A DNA stretch of 59,647 bases, the filler included, from Basidioascus undulatus (lineage: Eukaryota), in the NCBI GenBank assembly GCA_000826855.1. It is 5 parts of 5 records of this genome, joined end to end, with 100 filler letters (N's around TTAATTAATTAA, not from the genome) between each part and the next. Parts side by side here need not be neighbours in the genome. Positions count along the whole stretch, not along the records: positions 1 to 11,870 come from JTLS01000972.1; positions 11,971 to 23,835 come from JTLS01000973.1; 3 more parts are not named here. One strand, written 5' to 3'. Below, one piece after another: positions 1-12,597 of the stretch (the first letter of the stretch is position 1; each line of letters begins with the position of its first letter). The position numbers and the translations under genes are program-made. Under the pieces are notes generated by a model. That model saw only the letters and a program-made list of their open reading frames with translations, was not told the DNA's origin and did no database searches.

Positions 1-2395
1 AGAAGGGAGGGGGGGTTCTTATACTGTGGAGAGACAAAGGGAGGCCAGGAGGACAATAGCTTGAGAGAGGGGGAGAGCGAGGAGCACACGTCGTGCCAGA
101 ACTTATAAAAGAAGGAGAGGACGAGCGTCTTGCGGTAGCTTGCCATGCCCCCGGGCACGTCGAAGCGGAGATCGAGCTCTTTGCCGAGCGCGTCGAGCGC
201 GCCTTCGAGCGTGGCGGGGGCGGGGAAGGACTTGCCTGTGCGAGGTAGAGGGGTTCAGGGGTGCGAGGGAGATAGGGGGAAGAAGAGGGGAAGGCGGGGC
301 GCACCGACAAGGAAAGATTGGGTGGTGGGGGCGGAAACGGTTATGGGCCTGCAAAGAGGGATGCAATGTCAGTGAGATGCTCGAGCTGAAAGCATAAGGA
401 GGGGAAGGAACCGACGTACGCCATACCACCAAAAGCCAACTTCACATCACCAACCGTCCCATCCTCCCCAACACGGATCGCGAATCCCGCCGTAACAATG
501 GCGATATCGTCCTCCTTTCTCTTCGCCTATTCACCAACCCCCCACCTCTCATCAGTCCCCATGCCCCCTTCCTCGCAAGGCAACGCAAACGCACCTGCTT
601 GTACGCCCGCACCACCCACCCCTCCTCAAGCGGCACCACGATCCTCGTCAACACCGCCCCCTCCGGCAGCCTCGTCCGCCGGTACCCCACGAAGAACTCC
701 TCCAGCGTGAACTCCATCTCCTCCGTCTCCTGCCCGCCCTCCTTCAGACGGACCGCGACCGCCCGCGCCCCCAACGCGACCCACAACGGGTTCAGATCAG
801 AGATCGGGCTGGCCGTGACGATGTTCCCCGCGACGCTCGCCACGTTCCGAATCTGGCGCCCGGCGAAGTACCGCAGCTGGTGCCGGACGGCGTCGAGCGC
901 GGGGTAGGCCGGAGCGAGGTCAGCGCAGAGCTGCTCGAGCTCGGCGAGGGGGAGGTTCGCCCCGAACTCGAGCGCCGGCTTGCCCGAGGCGGGGAGGGAG
1001 ACGGTGTAGAGCTCCGAGATGTGCGGGGAGAGGAAGATGTGGACCTGTGTATCCGGGGGGGCGGTGGTGGAGTGCGCGGACTTGTGGGAGTGCGAGATCT
1101 GGAGCTCAGACGAGCCGGAGACGAGGCGCGCGCTGGGGTAAGAGTGGAGAATGTGGAGGAGGGAGCGGAGGGGGAGGGGGCGCAGCCAGAGGCGCGTGGG
1201 GGTGCCGAAGCGGAGGGGGATGGGCGTGTGCAGGGCGAGGGAAGGGGGGTAGATCAGCTCGGTGGAGGGCGTGTAGGGCTTGAGGGGGAAGGGGGGGAAG
1301 GTGCGGGTGCTGGGAGGGGAGGACAGGGAGGAGAGCCGGCAGCAGTCGGCGCGGCCGCAGGGGGAGGGGGTGGGCTGCTTGGGAGCGCAACAAGCTGGTT
1401 GAGAAGGCTGTGAGCTTGCGGAGGAACGGGTTGAGAAATAAGAAACGGCACGCACCTCCTCCGTCGCCGTTGCACACCCCGTTCGTCTTCGTCCCGCAGC
1501 CCCCGCAACCTCCTCCGGTGCCATTGCAGCCCTTCCCCTCGCCCTGCCTCAAGCCCGCCGCCTCAAAGTTGACAGGCACGACGACCTCCCCCTCCCCCTC
1601 CTTGCCGACCTCCCCCACAAAGCTCTTGGCCGCATCGAGGATGGGCTTGTACCCCGTGCAGCGGCACAAGTTCCCGTCGAGCGCGCCGCCGAGCTCGATC
1701 TGCTCGGCCGTGAGCGAGTAGCCGTGCTCATACGACCCGTTGCGGAGGAGCGCGTAGAGGGTCATGATGATTCCTGGCCCCCCATTCCTCAAATTTAGTT
1801 CGGGAGTTCGTTTGCCGGGAGAGAGAAGGGAGAGGGAAGGGAGGAGACTAACCCGGCGTGCAGAACCCGCACTGCGACCCGTGCAGCCGCCACATGCGCT
1901 CTTGAAGAGGATGCGGGTTCTCGGACGTGCCCAGCGCTTCGATAGTAATGACATGTTTGCCGTCGACTGCGGGTTTGGTGGTCGGTCAGAGGCGGGGTTT
2001 GGTTTGGGGGAGGACAGGGAGAGGAGGGGAGACCGACCGCTGATGAGCGGGGCGAGGCAAGCATTGATGGCGAGGTGTCTGTGTGTTCCCCATTCAGCTT
2101 CGGGGGTAATTCAAGGAGGAAGAAGAGAGAAGGAGGCTCACTGGATCTTCTTGGACACCGGATGCCGACTTTGCAGCACAACGGTGCACGCGCCGCACCC
2201 GCCCCCGCCGCACCCGAGCTTAGTCCCCGTCAGCCCGCGCTGGGAGCGCAAGAAATCCAGGAGCGTCGCTTCGGGGTCGACGGTGTTCCCGTCGAGGATG
2301 ATGGGGGAGCCGTTGAGGTGGAAGCGGAGCGTGGGGGAGTAGTCAGGCGTCAGGGAGGCGATGACCGCGTGCGGGCTCGGGGAGGAGGAGGACAT
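1..2395 (-). CDS. hxA: Xanthine dehydrogenase (HxA-like Mo-hydroxylase), 5' part only (2Fe-2S and FAD domains); multi-exon, runs off the contig edge
   Basis: ATG at 2395. Exons give [117 protein letters not shown] and [20 protein letters not shown]. The molybdopterin domain lies outside the window. Confidence 0.93.
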
Positions 2396-3569
2396 GGTGA
2401 TGGTGGTGGTGAGAGTAAAAGAAGAGGAGGTCTCATGGGTCTTGGTGCGCGGCGAGGAAGGCACGGTAGACTGCAAGGGGTCAGTCACGAGGATGAGAGG
2501 CGGAGATAAAGGCGCGTTGCTTCCGAGACTGTAGGGTGTGTGAGTACAGTGCTGGCTCGCTTCCCATTGGCCTGCTCCCTGCTCATAGAAGAGCCCAGCG
2601 CACCTTCAACACGTATCGAAAGAGCTGCGGTACGTGGACAAATACAGAGTGTGGTCGATCGAGGAAGTCTGCTGGGTGACACCTGGAGCACCAACCAGTA
2701 TGTTGGAGAGAGAACTCCGGACTGCTATGAGCTCGCAGGACAGTGCCGGCCTGAAATCTTAGTCGTCAGAGGTCCGCTTCAGACACTTGATCCGCTCCAA
2801 GATGGGAGGACCTGATCGAGGTGACGACCTGACCGAGGTGAGCGACCGGTTGGTACGAATCGAAGGCGTAGCTTGTGAGAGAATACGCTGTGGGTTTTCC
2901 CCTGCAGGCGTCCCGGCGAGCAGCTACTTTGAGGGTTTACAATCCTCGAATTTCTTTATGAAAAAATTTCCTGAAGATATTCTGTACAGCCCAAATCAGG
3001 ACACTCGCGAGTTGCGTGCGAGCGTGGAGGGCTTTCACCCCGACGAGAAGGCGACGTTGACTCCGCGGCGATTGGCCACTCAGCACCGCTCTGTCAAGGC
3101 ACTAGACTGACAGAGACTACCCAAAGAATCTTCCACCCCCTCCCTCCTCGAGGCCTGGGTACGGTGAGGCGGAAAGATGAGCGTCACCAAGCGGTACGAG
3201 GCTCGGCCCCAGGTACCGTCCGCATCGCAGGGTGACAGGGTGTCGGGCCGGGAGATGATGGCGGTACGAGTCCAAGAAGGGGGCAGACGGCAGAAGAACG
3301 TACCTAATGGCATTGACTAGCAGCGAGCTGTGTCTTTGCGACCTCACCATGAAGTGCTTATTGGCAGTCCATGGCCGCCAGGCTCAGGCCTAGGAAAGCC
3401 ACACCTTGTTATACCACTAAAGCAGAATTTCAGACCACCAACATGACCTTGTTGACAGAAAATGCCTCAGAACGCCACGCCACATCCGACCACATGAATG
3501 CCTTCTGCCCCTAACATTTCGTATACTTTCTACTGTGCATTACTCTTCAGGCTGGTTCAAGCGACGAGT

Positions 3570-6500
3570 TGGAGACGGATCCTCTCGACCGGACCGTGAC
3601 CAACACGCCCGTGGACGCTTTCCCCAAGGACGGGGACGGGCAACCCGTCACAGACGAGCTAGGTCCGCAGTCTCTCTTTGCTCAGCCGGGCACCATCCTT
3701 CTCCCCGATGCAGGCTTCCACTCCGTAGGCGTCGCGTTTGAAGATCTCACTGTGCCGGCACCGGCGCAACGCGAGCGACAGTCGAGGGCCTGGAATTTTC
3801 GCTTCTGAAGGTCCGTCACTCCTGCTTGTTACCAAAGGACGCTGAGGGCCGGAAATGCGATTGTCGCCTTTTGCAAGTGTGGGATATTTTCGGGTTCATT
3901 CGCAAGCTTGCCAACATCAAGTGGGGTCCCACGCCCCCTATTATCTGTTCGTCTTCCGTTTTCACCCTCAGCGCTTGCACGGACGATTAAGAGCTCATCT
4001 GTTCTGCCTATCCAGGGACCTTCGCTGGGGTACTTTCTGCGGAGGAGACTATGCTTGTACTCGGTCGTCCCGGTGCAGGCTGCTCCACTCTCCATACGTT
4101 CCTATTCCTGAAGTGACCCTTGGTCGCCCTGCACTGAACTTGCTCACCACTCAGTTCGGGCGCTCGCCAACGAGCGCGCCCCTTCGCCGGCATCGACGGC
4201 AACGTGCAGTACTCGAGCATCTCCACCGATGAGGCCTACAAGTACTACCGAGGAGACATCGTCTTACAACAACGAAGAAGATATCCACATCGCAAGCCTC
4301 ACGGTCGAACAGGTACGCCCCATGGCGCACTGTGTTTCCTCGCCGCAGCTTACTCACTGCTTTTCGCGGCCATGCCACTGCTTAGACACTGGACACCGTT
4401 TTGGTCAGTCACATTCTGATATCGATTACCGTGCCTTGAGCTCGTCTGATCAGTGCCATCAAAACAGACCCTCAAGAAGCCTCGCAACCTTGACCAGCCC
4501 GTTCACCGCAAGACGTTTGTTGAGGACATGACAACCCGCTTTCTCAACGCGTTCGGAATGCCCCACACTCGCAGGACTAAGGTCGGCAACGGTTTTGTAC
4601 GAGTGTGAGCATACCTGTCCAAACCAACTCCTCTTCCTCCCTTTGTAAGCTGACGCAGTTTGTCTTTCAGTGTTTCTGGCGGAGAGCGCAAGCGGGTGTC
4701 GCTTTCCGAAATGCTCACCACAAACGCTGCCCTGATCTTCTGGGACAACTGTAACCCATTTCGGCTCTTTAACTTTACCAATAACAGCTTGTTTATTAAA
4801 ATCGTTCGATCATACAGCAATCCGTGGCCTCGACTACGCTGTTGCACTGCACTACCTCAGGGTCCTCAAGGAGCTGTCACGGTCGACCAGGATGACAAAC
4901 GTACTTAACTCAGCTGTTGAAGAGGCCCCTTTCCCTGACTGAACTGGTTCTAATTTATGCAGATCGTTTCAAGTGTACTTCCTTCTCTTCAACTTTCCTG
5001 GTCCCGTCCGAAGCTCACGGAGGTCCTGCAGTACCAAGCGTCGGATGAGATGTACGCCACGTGCTTCGACCGAGTCTTGTTCATATACGAAGGAGAGATG
5101 GTGTTTACTGTAAGCTTTTCACCCTCTCAATGAGCCAGTCCCCCAACTTCATCCAACTCACTTATACACTCCCTGATCAGAGCCGTGCGGAAGACGCCGA
5201 GCCGTTCTTGATCCAGCAGGGTTGGCAGAAGAAGCCTCGTCAAATGCAAGTTCTCTTCCTCTTGGTCGTGTTTGACCAAGTTAACCGTTGCTGAGTCGAT
5301 TCGGGGCCGCTGCAGGACTCCGGACTTCCTGACGTCGGTCACGAGCCCCACGGAGCAGACCGTTCCGCCTGTGAGCACATCTCTTCCAACACTTGATCCC
5401 GGTAAGGCTCATTGAAAGGATCCTTTACCTACAGGACCATGTCGGCCCTCTACCTCACACTCCTTCCGAGATGGCAGCCTACATCCGCTCTAGCTCGTAC
5501 TACGCCAAGCTGCAGGGTGAGATCAAGGCCTACAAGGTAGGCGTTTTTATTGAGATTAGCGGAAAAGCATTTGAAAATAATGCAACTCCCCCACTTGTTC
5601 AGGACTCCCACTCAACTACGCCCAACGCGGACTCATTCCGCCAGTCCGTGACAGCGAGCAAGCACCGTCTCACGGGCAGCCGCAACCCCTACAAGAGCAA
5701 CTTCGCGCAGCAGTTCTGTCATTATTATGCACACATAGAGGGAAATAACCATGCTAATTATTTTACCTTCAGTTTGGGCGCTCGTCAAGCGTCCAGTCGA
5801 GCTTACCAAGGCGGATCTTGCAACGTTCTTCACCCGCATCGTCTCGAACACGCTTCAGGCCACCATCGTTGGCGCCATCTGTATGTGGCTGTCACATTAT
5901 CGTTACACTGAATTCCAAATTCTCATTTTCACTTCTCCCCGAAGTCTTCAAGCCTGCTTCAAATGCAGATGGTAGCTTCGCGACTGCAGGCGGTACGCCT
6001 GGATCCTCAACCAAAGCCAGCTACAACCCCTGACTATTATTCAATCGTCACAGCAATGTTCTTTGCGATATTATAGTAATGTATATTCTTATGATTATTA
6101 CAACTTGTTGTGACGGTTCTCCCCCTTCAGCTTCGTGATCTTCAGTTTCGGTGCGCACTGTGACGCAGCCGCAGCTCCGCAGTCCCGTTCCTCTGTACTT
6201 GCCGCATGCTGACCTTGACTCAATGCCCGCTTCAGGCGAGGTGCTAACGGTACGACTTTTCCAGAGCTTTCAGTTTTATGTTCTCAACTTACAGTCACAT
6301 TGAACTAGACCGTCAACGCTCGTCCTCTCCTGATCGAGCACCGCAAGCTCGCTTTTTTTACAGTCCAACTGCTCAAACGATCTTGCAAATGGTACGCACC
6401 TGGGCCCTAATCCTTTCTCCACCAAACTTTTTTAATTCTTTTTCGTAGGTCACCGACACCCCGCTCTACGCATTGCAGACCCTCATCTTCAGCTCCATTT

Positions 6501-9500
6501 TCTACATTCTATGCGCCAGCCCTGCCGCAGTCATTGCCGGCTCGGTCGCAGTGCTAATGCTTCCGGGCTCAGAATTGGCCTCAATGCGGGCGCGAAGTAC
6601 TTCTTCACTTTCTGATTCATTGTCTTCACGACGTACATGACTGTTACCGTCATGTGAGGGCTCCGACCCCATCTTTACATGCGCATTATTCTGACCTACA
6701 ACATACTTCTGCAGGTACCGCATGATCGGTACGCACTCATCATGACTGGCAGTGCTTCTCCTAAAGCTGGTTGACAGTCTTGCCTGCCTTGTTATCTAGG
6801 TTCTTGGTCTCCGAATGTGGGTCAATTTCCCCACGTTCCTTCACATCAAGCTGCCTGCTGAAAGCTGGTGATCGCCGTTGCCATGTAACTTTCCGTCGCA
6901 GTCCGCTTTGGCGGATTCTTCGCTACCATTCTAACTGTCGCCGGCTTTATGCTGCCTGAGCCGTCACAGCGTACGTCTTCCGTTTCGGGTTCCACATTAT
7001 TGCAGTACAGCTGACTCTCTGCTGTAGTCGGGTGGGCCTCGTGGATGCGTCGTTTCAATGCGTACGATAGCACTGCACCTTCGGCTCGATCGCTTATGGC
7101 TGCGAATAGGTCCGGCTGCGTATGCCCTCGAGGCGCTCTTGGCCAACGAGTTCCGGACGCGTACTCTCACCACAGTGACACCGACTTGGTACCTTCCGGC
7201 CATGTACGTGTATGCTGTCTTAAAATGTTGCATACAGCCTCTGATCATACGTTCATAGGGCTGCGGCGACTTGGCCTACCAAGCTGCACCATCACCGGCG
7301 GGCAGCCTGATCAACGCGACGTCCCGGGATCAACTTATGTGAGCCCCGTTTACTCCTTCTTTCGCCGATCATCAAGCTCACGACTCTGGAACAGCTCGAC
7401 CTAAAGTACGGGTACTTGGCAGATAACATCTGGCGCAACGTCGGCATTCTTTGGGCAATGTACGTCCCACCACTTTTTTGAAAATGTAAAATCAGGGCAC
7501 TAACCGTTTTTGTACAGGTTCGTCATCTACGCGTTCATGGTTGTCCTCGGCAGCACGATCATCATCAAGGATACTGGTCCTCGTCTTCGAAGCTGTTCAA
7601 GGGCGGCGCACACGTCCCAGCCGTGACGCAGCAGAGCGAGAAGGAATCAGAGGACTCGAAAGAGCATGCTGAAGAAACGGTTAACGAGCACGCCGAGAAG
7701 CGCCTCGCGAATGCCAGCGTTTTCACGTTCAAGGATGTGCGGTAGACCGTGCAGATCGACGGCAAGGACAAGGTGTTGCTGTTTGGCCTCTTTTCCTTCG
7801 GTACACTTTCTTTTTGGGGATTTTTCTGACCCGCTACTTGTTTACAGGACGGCGTCAATGGAATCGTCCAGCCGACCTCCCAGCGGAAGTCGACGGGCAA
7901 AGTCGAGGGTCAGTTCCTCATCGACGGCCGGTCGCTAGACGCAACCTTCGGTCGCCGGACTGGCTTCGTTCAGCAATGTAGGTGTGTGTTAAGAGGAGGA
8001 CGTGTTTGACTCTACAAGCTTACACTTTCTGCCACAGGCGACATACACGAGCCATTCTCCACGTACGTCCATTCCTATTCTCACATCTTCGCAACCACTT
8101 TCTAATTGCAGTCCCCCTGTAGTGTTCGTGAGTGTCTTCAGTTACAGCGCCATCTTCGTCAAGACAAGAGCATCGCGCGCGAGGAGAAGCTCGCGTATGC
8201 GGAGCAGATCATCGAGCTCCTGGAGCTGCAGGCCATCGCGGAACCGGTCGTCGGCAACGCGGATGTGGGCGGCCTCGGCGTCGAGGAGCGACAAGCGCCT
8301 GAGAATTGGTGGTTAGCTGGTTGCGAAGCCTGATTTCGTGAGTACTTACATTTGCTCCAGCTTACCCGTCATCCCGACTACAGCTGCTGTTCCTTGACGA
8401 ACATGAGTGCGCCCTGCAAAGTTTCTCGCTGCCTGTCGACTAGCCTACTTCCGGTAGATCTTTCCCTCGCCTCTCAGAGAGTTTTCTATATACTGACCTG
8501 CCGGGTGGACAGGTCTGTAATCCCAAGCGGCTTACGATATCGTCCGTTTCCTCCACAAAATCGCTGCTTCCGGCCTCGCTGTCCTGTGTACCAGTGGGTT
8601 TGGTTTTTTTTGGTCTGCTCCTCAAAAACCCTTTTGTCTAATCGGTTCCCGCTCGCAACGCGTAGTCCACCAATCGTCGGGTGATCTCTTCGAGGTATGT
8701 CATCGCGTCTTCTTCGTATCAAACGTCCATCTTACGCGCGCTCTTCAGATGTTCGATGCGGTCGTTCTATTGGCCCCGGGTGGAAAGATGTCTACGCTGG
8801 TCCGACGGGCACGAACGCCGAGACTGTGAACAGGTATATCTCTCTCATTGGCTGAAATGACACAGAAACGTAGCTGACCCTTCGATCGACAGCAACTTCG
8901 CACGGCACGGGTACGCAACGGTTTTCCCTTAGCTGCTACTTCATCTTCACCCCTTCTCATGCATTGCCTGTCTTCGTAGTGCCCCCGCCGCCCCGAACGC
9001 TAACCCCGCCGAGCACATCATCCCGACCGTCGGGGGGCACGACCGTCGACTGGCCGGGCCTCTGGAAGCAGAGTCCCGAGGCGAGCGCGCTCCTCAGCTC
9101 GATCGAGAGCATCACTTCCAGAGCACAGAACGCTGCTGCAGACCCTGCGGGAGCGGGCGAGGCTCCGGCCTTGGCCATGCCCTTCTCGGCGCAGACGCTC
9201 CAGCTCGTTCGCCGCAACTTCCGGGCGCAGTGGCGCGACGGTCCCTACTGGGCGACCAAGCTGGTTACCGGGGTCTACTTCGGGGTGAGTCTCCACCAAT
9301 AAGCTGCAACTTGTTTGCCAGGCACGTGGCTGATCGTCCCAATATTCATTGGATTCTGTTCCTATCCCGCACAGTTAACTTACCGACAGGGTTGAAGCTG
9401 AGTTCTCTTCACAAGCAACAACAAGCTTTCCACGACTGTCGTTGGTATTCAAGCCTCGGCATATTCACGCTTGTTCAGTCCTCGCCGGCCCTCATGCTGG

Positions 9501-10040
9501 GCATCGCTTTCTACTATCAAAGCAAGATGGACATCTTCGTGAGCTATCTTACTCCGAGACACTGTGAGTTTCAAAACTCATACGCTCATGTGTTTTCCTC
9601 TTCAGGTCTCCCATGAACGCAACGGGATCAATGGGTGGCCTGTACTCGTTACTGCGCTGATCATTGTCGAGGTCAGTCTTTCCTGCTACGCACGTTTGCT
9701 ACCTCCACCGACTATCTCCTAACTATACACAGCTCCCAATCGTCATCGTCACCTACACGCTCCTCTTCTTCTGCAGCTACTGGACCATGGGCCTCGGCCC
9801 CGGCGCGCAAGTGGGCGGTCTGGCATGGTGCGCTGGTGTATCGACCCTTTCCCCACAGGTGTGAGATTGACGGGGGCCGCGCATTCCAGGTTGACCTGCA
9901 TGGTTTTTGCCCTCTTCACAAGCACTTCTGGCACGGTAAGACTCTTTCTATGACCGGGAGTTGCTCAGCCCCTCTCACTCCCGCTCTGCAGCTGCTCGGC
10001 GTTGTTTCGCCTACTGAATTTGCGGTTCCGTTCAACCCGC
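3570..10040 (+). pseudogene. Pleiotropic drug resistance (ABCG/PDR) transporter, decayed, many short exons; ends approximate
   Basis: NBD1 motifs MLVLGRPGAGCSTL (~4051) and VSGGERKRVSLSEML (~4672). NBD2 motifs RRTGFVQQ and GLGVEER. TMD2 begins at LVRRNFRAQWRDGPYW. In-frame TAG at 7743-7745 (FTFKDVR*TVQIDG), NBD2 Walker A absent at ~7875, apparent frameshifts, and TMD2 incomplete. Confidence 0.85.
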
Positions 10041-10393
10041 CGACAAGTCTTGTTGCTAATCGACGGTGACCGCGCTGTTTGCATCAAACCCGCTCGCGTT
10101 TGCCTGGGCTGCTCGTGAAAAGTAGACGAACTCTCCTTGAGCGCGTTGCATCAAATTACCGTACAAATTGCTGATTGCATTCGAGCAAGAAGTGGGCAAG
10201 GGGATGGGACGGCGAAGACGGGACCGATACGAGGCGGTAAGAGTCCGCCGCCGGCGATTGGGAACCCGAATCGCCGTTGCTCACCTGCGTCCGCCTCCGT
10301 GCTCTGCTGCCCTGCTTGACTTCCTCTTCATCCCCCCCCACCACACGCCTCTACCTCCCTTCATCCCCTCCTCTGGCAGCCCATCCGCCCTTC

Positions 10394-11870
10394 ATGGTCT
10401 CGACCCACCCGCCGGCGCTGCCCAAGCCCCTCCCCTCCCCATCCCCCTTCACCTCCTGGGACCCAGCCCGCGTGCGGCGGGAGTTCCTCGAATCGGCGGG
10501 GGACGGCTATGGCTACGGGCTGGGCGACGAAGAGTTCTCGAAGTTAATAGCGGAAGAGTACCCCTCTCTCCGAGGTACTTACCTTCCTCCCTTCTCCCCT
10601 CCCCACTCCCACGCTGAACCGTCTTCCAGACACGACCTACCTCGACCACGCCGCCTCCCCTCCCGCACCCTTATCCGCACTGCACTCCCTCACTTCCACC
10701 CTGTCCACCATGCTCTACTCCAACCCGCACTCGCGCTCCGCCTCCTCCTCCCGAAGCGCAGCTGCCATCTCCCACGCGCGCACGCAGGTCCTCTCGTCGC
10801 TGTTGGGGCTCCGCACGCCCGAGCAACAGGCGCCGTGGGACGTGGTGTTCACGAGCGGGTCGACAGGGTCGTTACGGATGGTGGGAGAGGGGTTCCCCTG
10901 GCGCGCAGACGCCGAGGGAGGAGCGCAGTTCAGGTACCTCCGCCAGGCCCATACGAGCCTCGTCGGTGTGCGGGGGTGCGCGCTCGCTCGTGGCTCTTCC
11001 GTCGTTCCTCTCGACCTCGAGGAAGTCGAAGCCGGCTGGACGCCCTCGGGAGACCCCGAGCGCCCCGACCTGTTCGCGTACCCCGCCCAGTGCAATGCCA
11101 CGGGCCAGCGGCTCGGGCTGGGCTTGTGCCGCCGCGTCAAGCGCCGCCAGAAGGGCACGCTGGTGCTGGTCGACGCGGCGGCGTGGTTGGGTACGGCTGT
11201 GCTGGATCTGGGGGGCGTACCGCTCGAGGAGGCACCGGACTTTGTCGTGGGGTCGTTTTACAAGATCTTCGTGCGTCTTCCCTCTCTCCCTCCCGCCCCT
11301 TATCCCCTGCCTTCCTTCCCCATTCCCCTCTCTGTCCCCCTCTCTCCAGAACCCCAACCTGACCCCCCCCAACCCCCAGGGCTTCCCAACCGGCCTCGGC
11401 TTCCTTCTCCTCCTCCGCTCCCCTCCCATCCTGCACCCTCCATACTTCGGGGGCGGCTCAATCGACCATCTCTCCATCTCCGCCCCGAACTTCTCGCACC
11501 CCTCTCCCACCCCCCACAAGTCCCTGGAACCCGGCACGCCCCCCTACCTCTCCATCCTCTCCCTCTCGCTCACCCTCTCTTCCCGCTCACCCCTCTCTTC
11601 CCTCCCCCTGACCTCCTCGCACACCTCCACCCTGACCCACTTCGCCATCCGCGAACTCTCCCTCCTCCGGCACTGGAACTCCCTCCCCGTGATCCGGATC
11701 CACCGCGCCTGGCCCGGCGTGGAAGCCGAGCAAGGTCCGACGATCGGCTTTTCAGTCCTGGATGAGCGGGGCGCGCCGGTGGGGCATGTGGAGCTTGAGC
11801 GGCTCGCGGGCGAGCGGGGAATGCAAATTAGGACGGGGGGGCTATGTAATACGGGTGTTACGCTGGCGGG
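10394..11870 (+). CDS. hxB: Molybdenum cofactor sulfurase (HxB/ABA3/MOCOS), NifS-like PLP domain; 3' truncated at contig end
   Basis: Motifs TYLDHAAS, YSNPHS, VFTSGSTGSLRMVGEGFPW, HTSLVGVR, LFAYPAQCNATG, VLVDAAA, PDFVVGSFYKIF/GFPTGLG, YFGGG, EPGT, QGPTIGFS and IRTGGLCN (catalytic-Cys motif). Two GT-AG introns. Confidence 0.92.
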
Positions 11871-11970
11871 NNNNNNNNNNNNNNNNNNNNNNNNNNNNNN
11901 NNNNNNNNNNNNNNTTAATTAATTAANNNNNNNNNNNNNNNNNNNNNNNNNNNNNNNNNNNNNNNNNNNN
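11871..11970. other. Artificial contig linker (N44-TTAATTAATTAA-N44)
   Basis: 100-bp N run with a six-frame stop spacer at 11915-11926. Confidence 0.98.
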
Positions 11971-12060
11971 CCCGGGCGAACGCGCACGGCTGCGGGCGCG
12001 TGGAAGGAGCCGGAGACGAGTCTGTGGGACTACTTGTTTGTTTTGCGGAGGGAGGATTGA
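11971..12060 (+). CDS. Possible 3' end of an unidentified gene at the contig start
   Basis: Open frame PGRTRTAAGAWKEPETSLWDYLFVLRRED* with coding-like codons; too short to identify. Confidence 0.3.
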   Translation, partial: PGRTRTAAGAWKEPETSLWDYLFVLRRED

Positions 12061-12597
12061 GTGGGAGGGTCGAGGGTGAGGCTCGGCCTTACACCGTCTT
12101 CCTTTGCTTGATTTTGAGAGGAGCGAAAGATGCTGGTGTCGTTTCGTTTTGTTGTCTTTCTGGAATACGCATATAGACTTTCTCGGTTCTTGTCACTAGC
12201 CGATACATAATACAATGTTGCAGTGTTACTCGATGTCGGTTCCGTTGCGCTTGTCCGACTCCTCCTTTTGCTTGTCGGAGCACCAAGCTAGCTGCCGAAG
12301 CCCTGTGTTTCCTGAGAAACACGCTTTCATCTCGCACAGCAGGCTCATGTGTACTGAATGCCTTCGAATAAAGGATGAGCAACAAACCCGTCTGAAAGGA
12401 CGTCGCAAATGGGCTGACTTCGATGCGTCGCGTACCGCGCGCGGCACCCCCCATCGAAGGCGCACAAGCCGCCAGCTTCCCGCTTCGTCGCCTCGAGGTC
12501 TTCTCCCTCTCATCTTCCCTCTTCTGCTTCATTCCACGCCCTAATAATCATTTCTTTCTTTCACTTCGCACCTTCTTTCACTTGAACTATCGACATA

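Noticed and set aside
2504..2509. AGATAA as an AreA-type nitrogen-regulation site upstream of XDH
   Set aside because: A single hexamer is expected by chance, and no paired or clustered sites were seen.
11915..11926. TTAATTAATTAA palindromes as biological repeats or insertion sites
   Set aside because: They are always centred in N-runs and are a standard artificial six-frame-stop linker.
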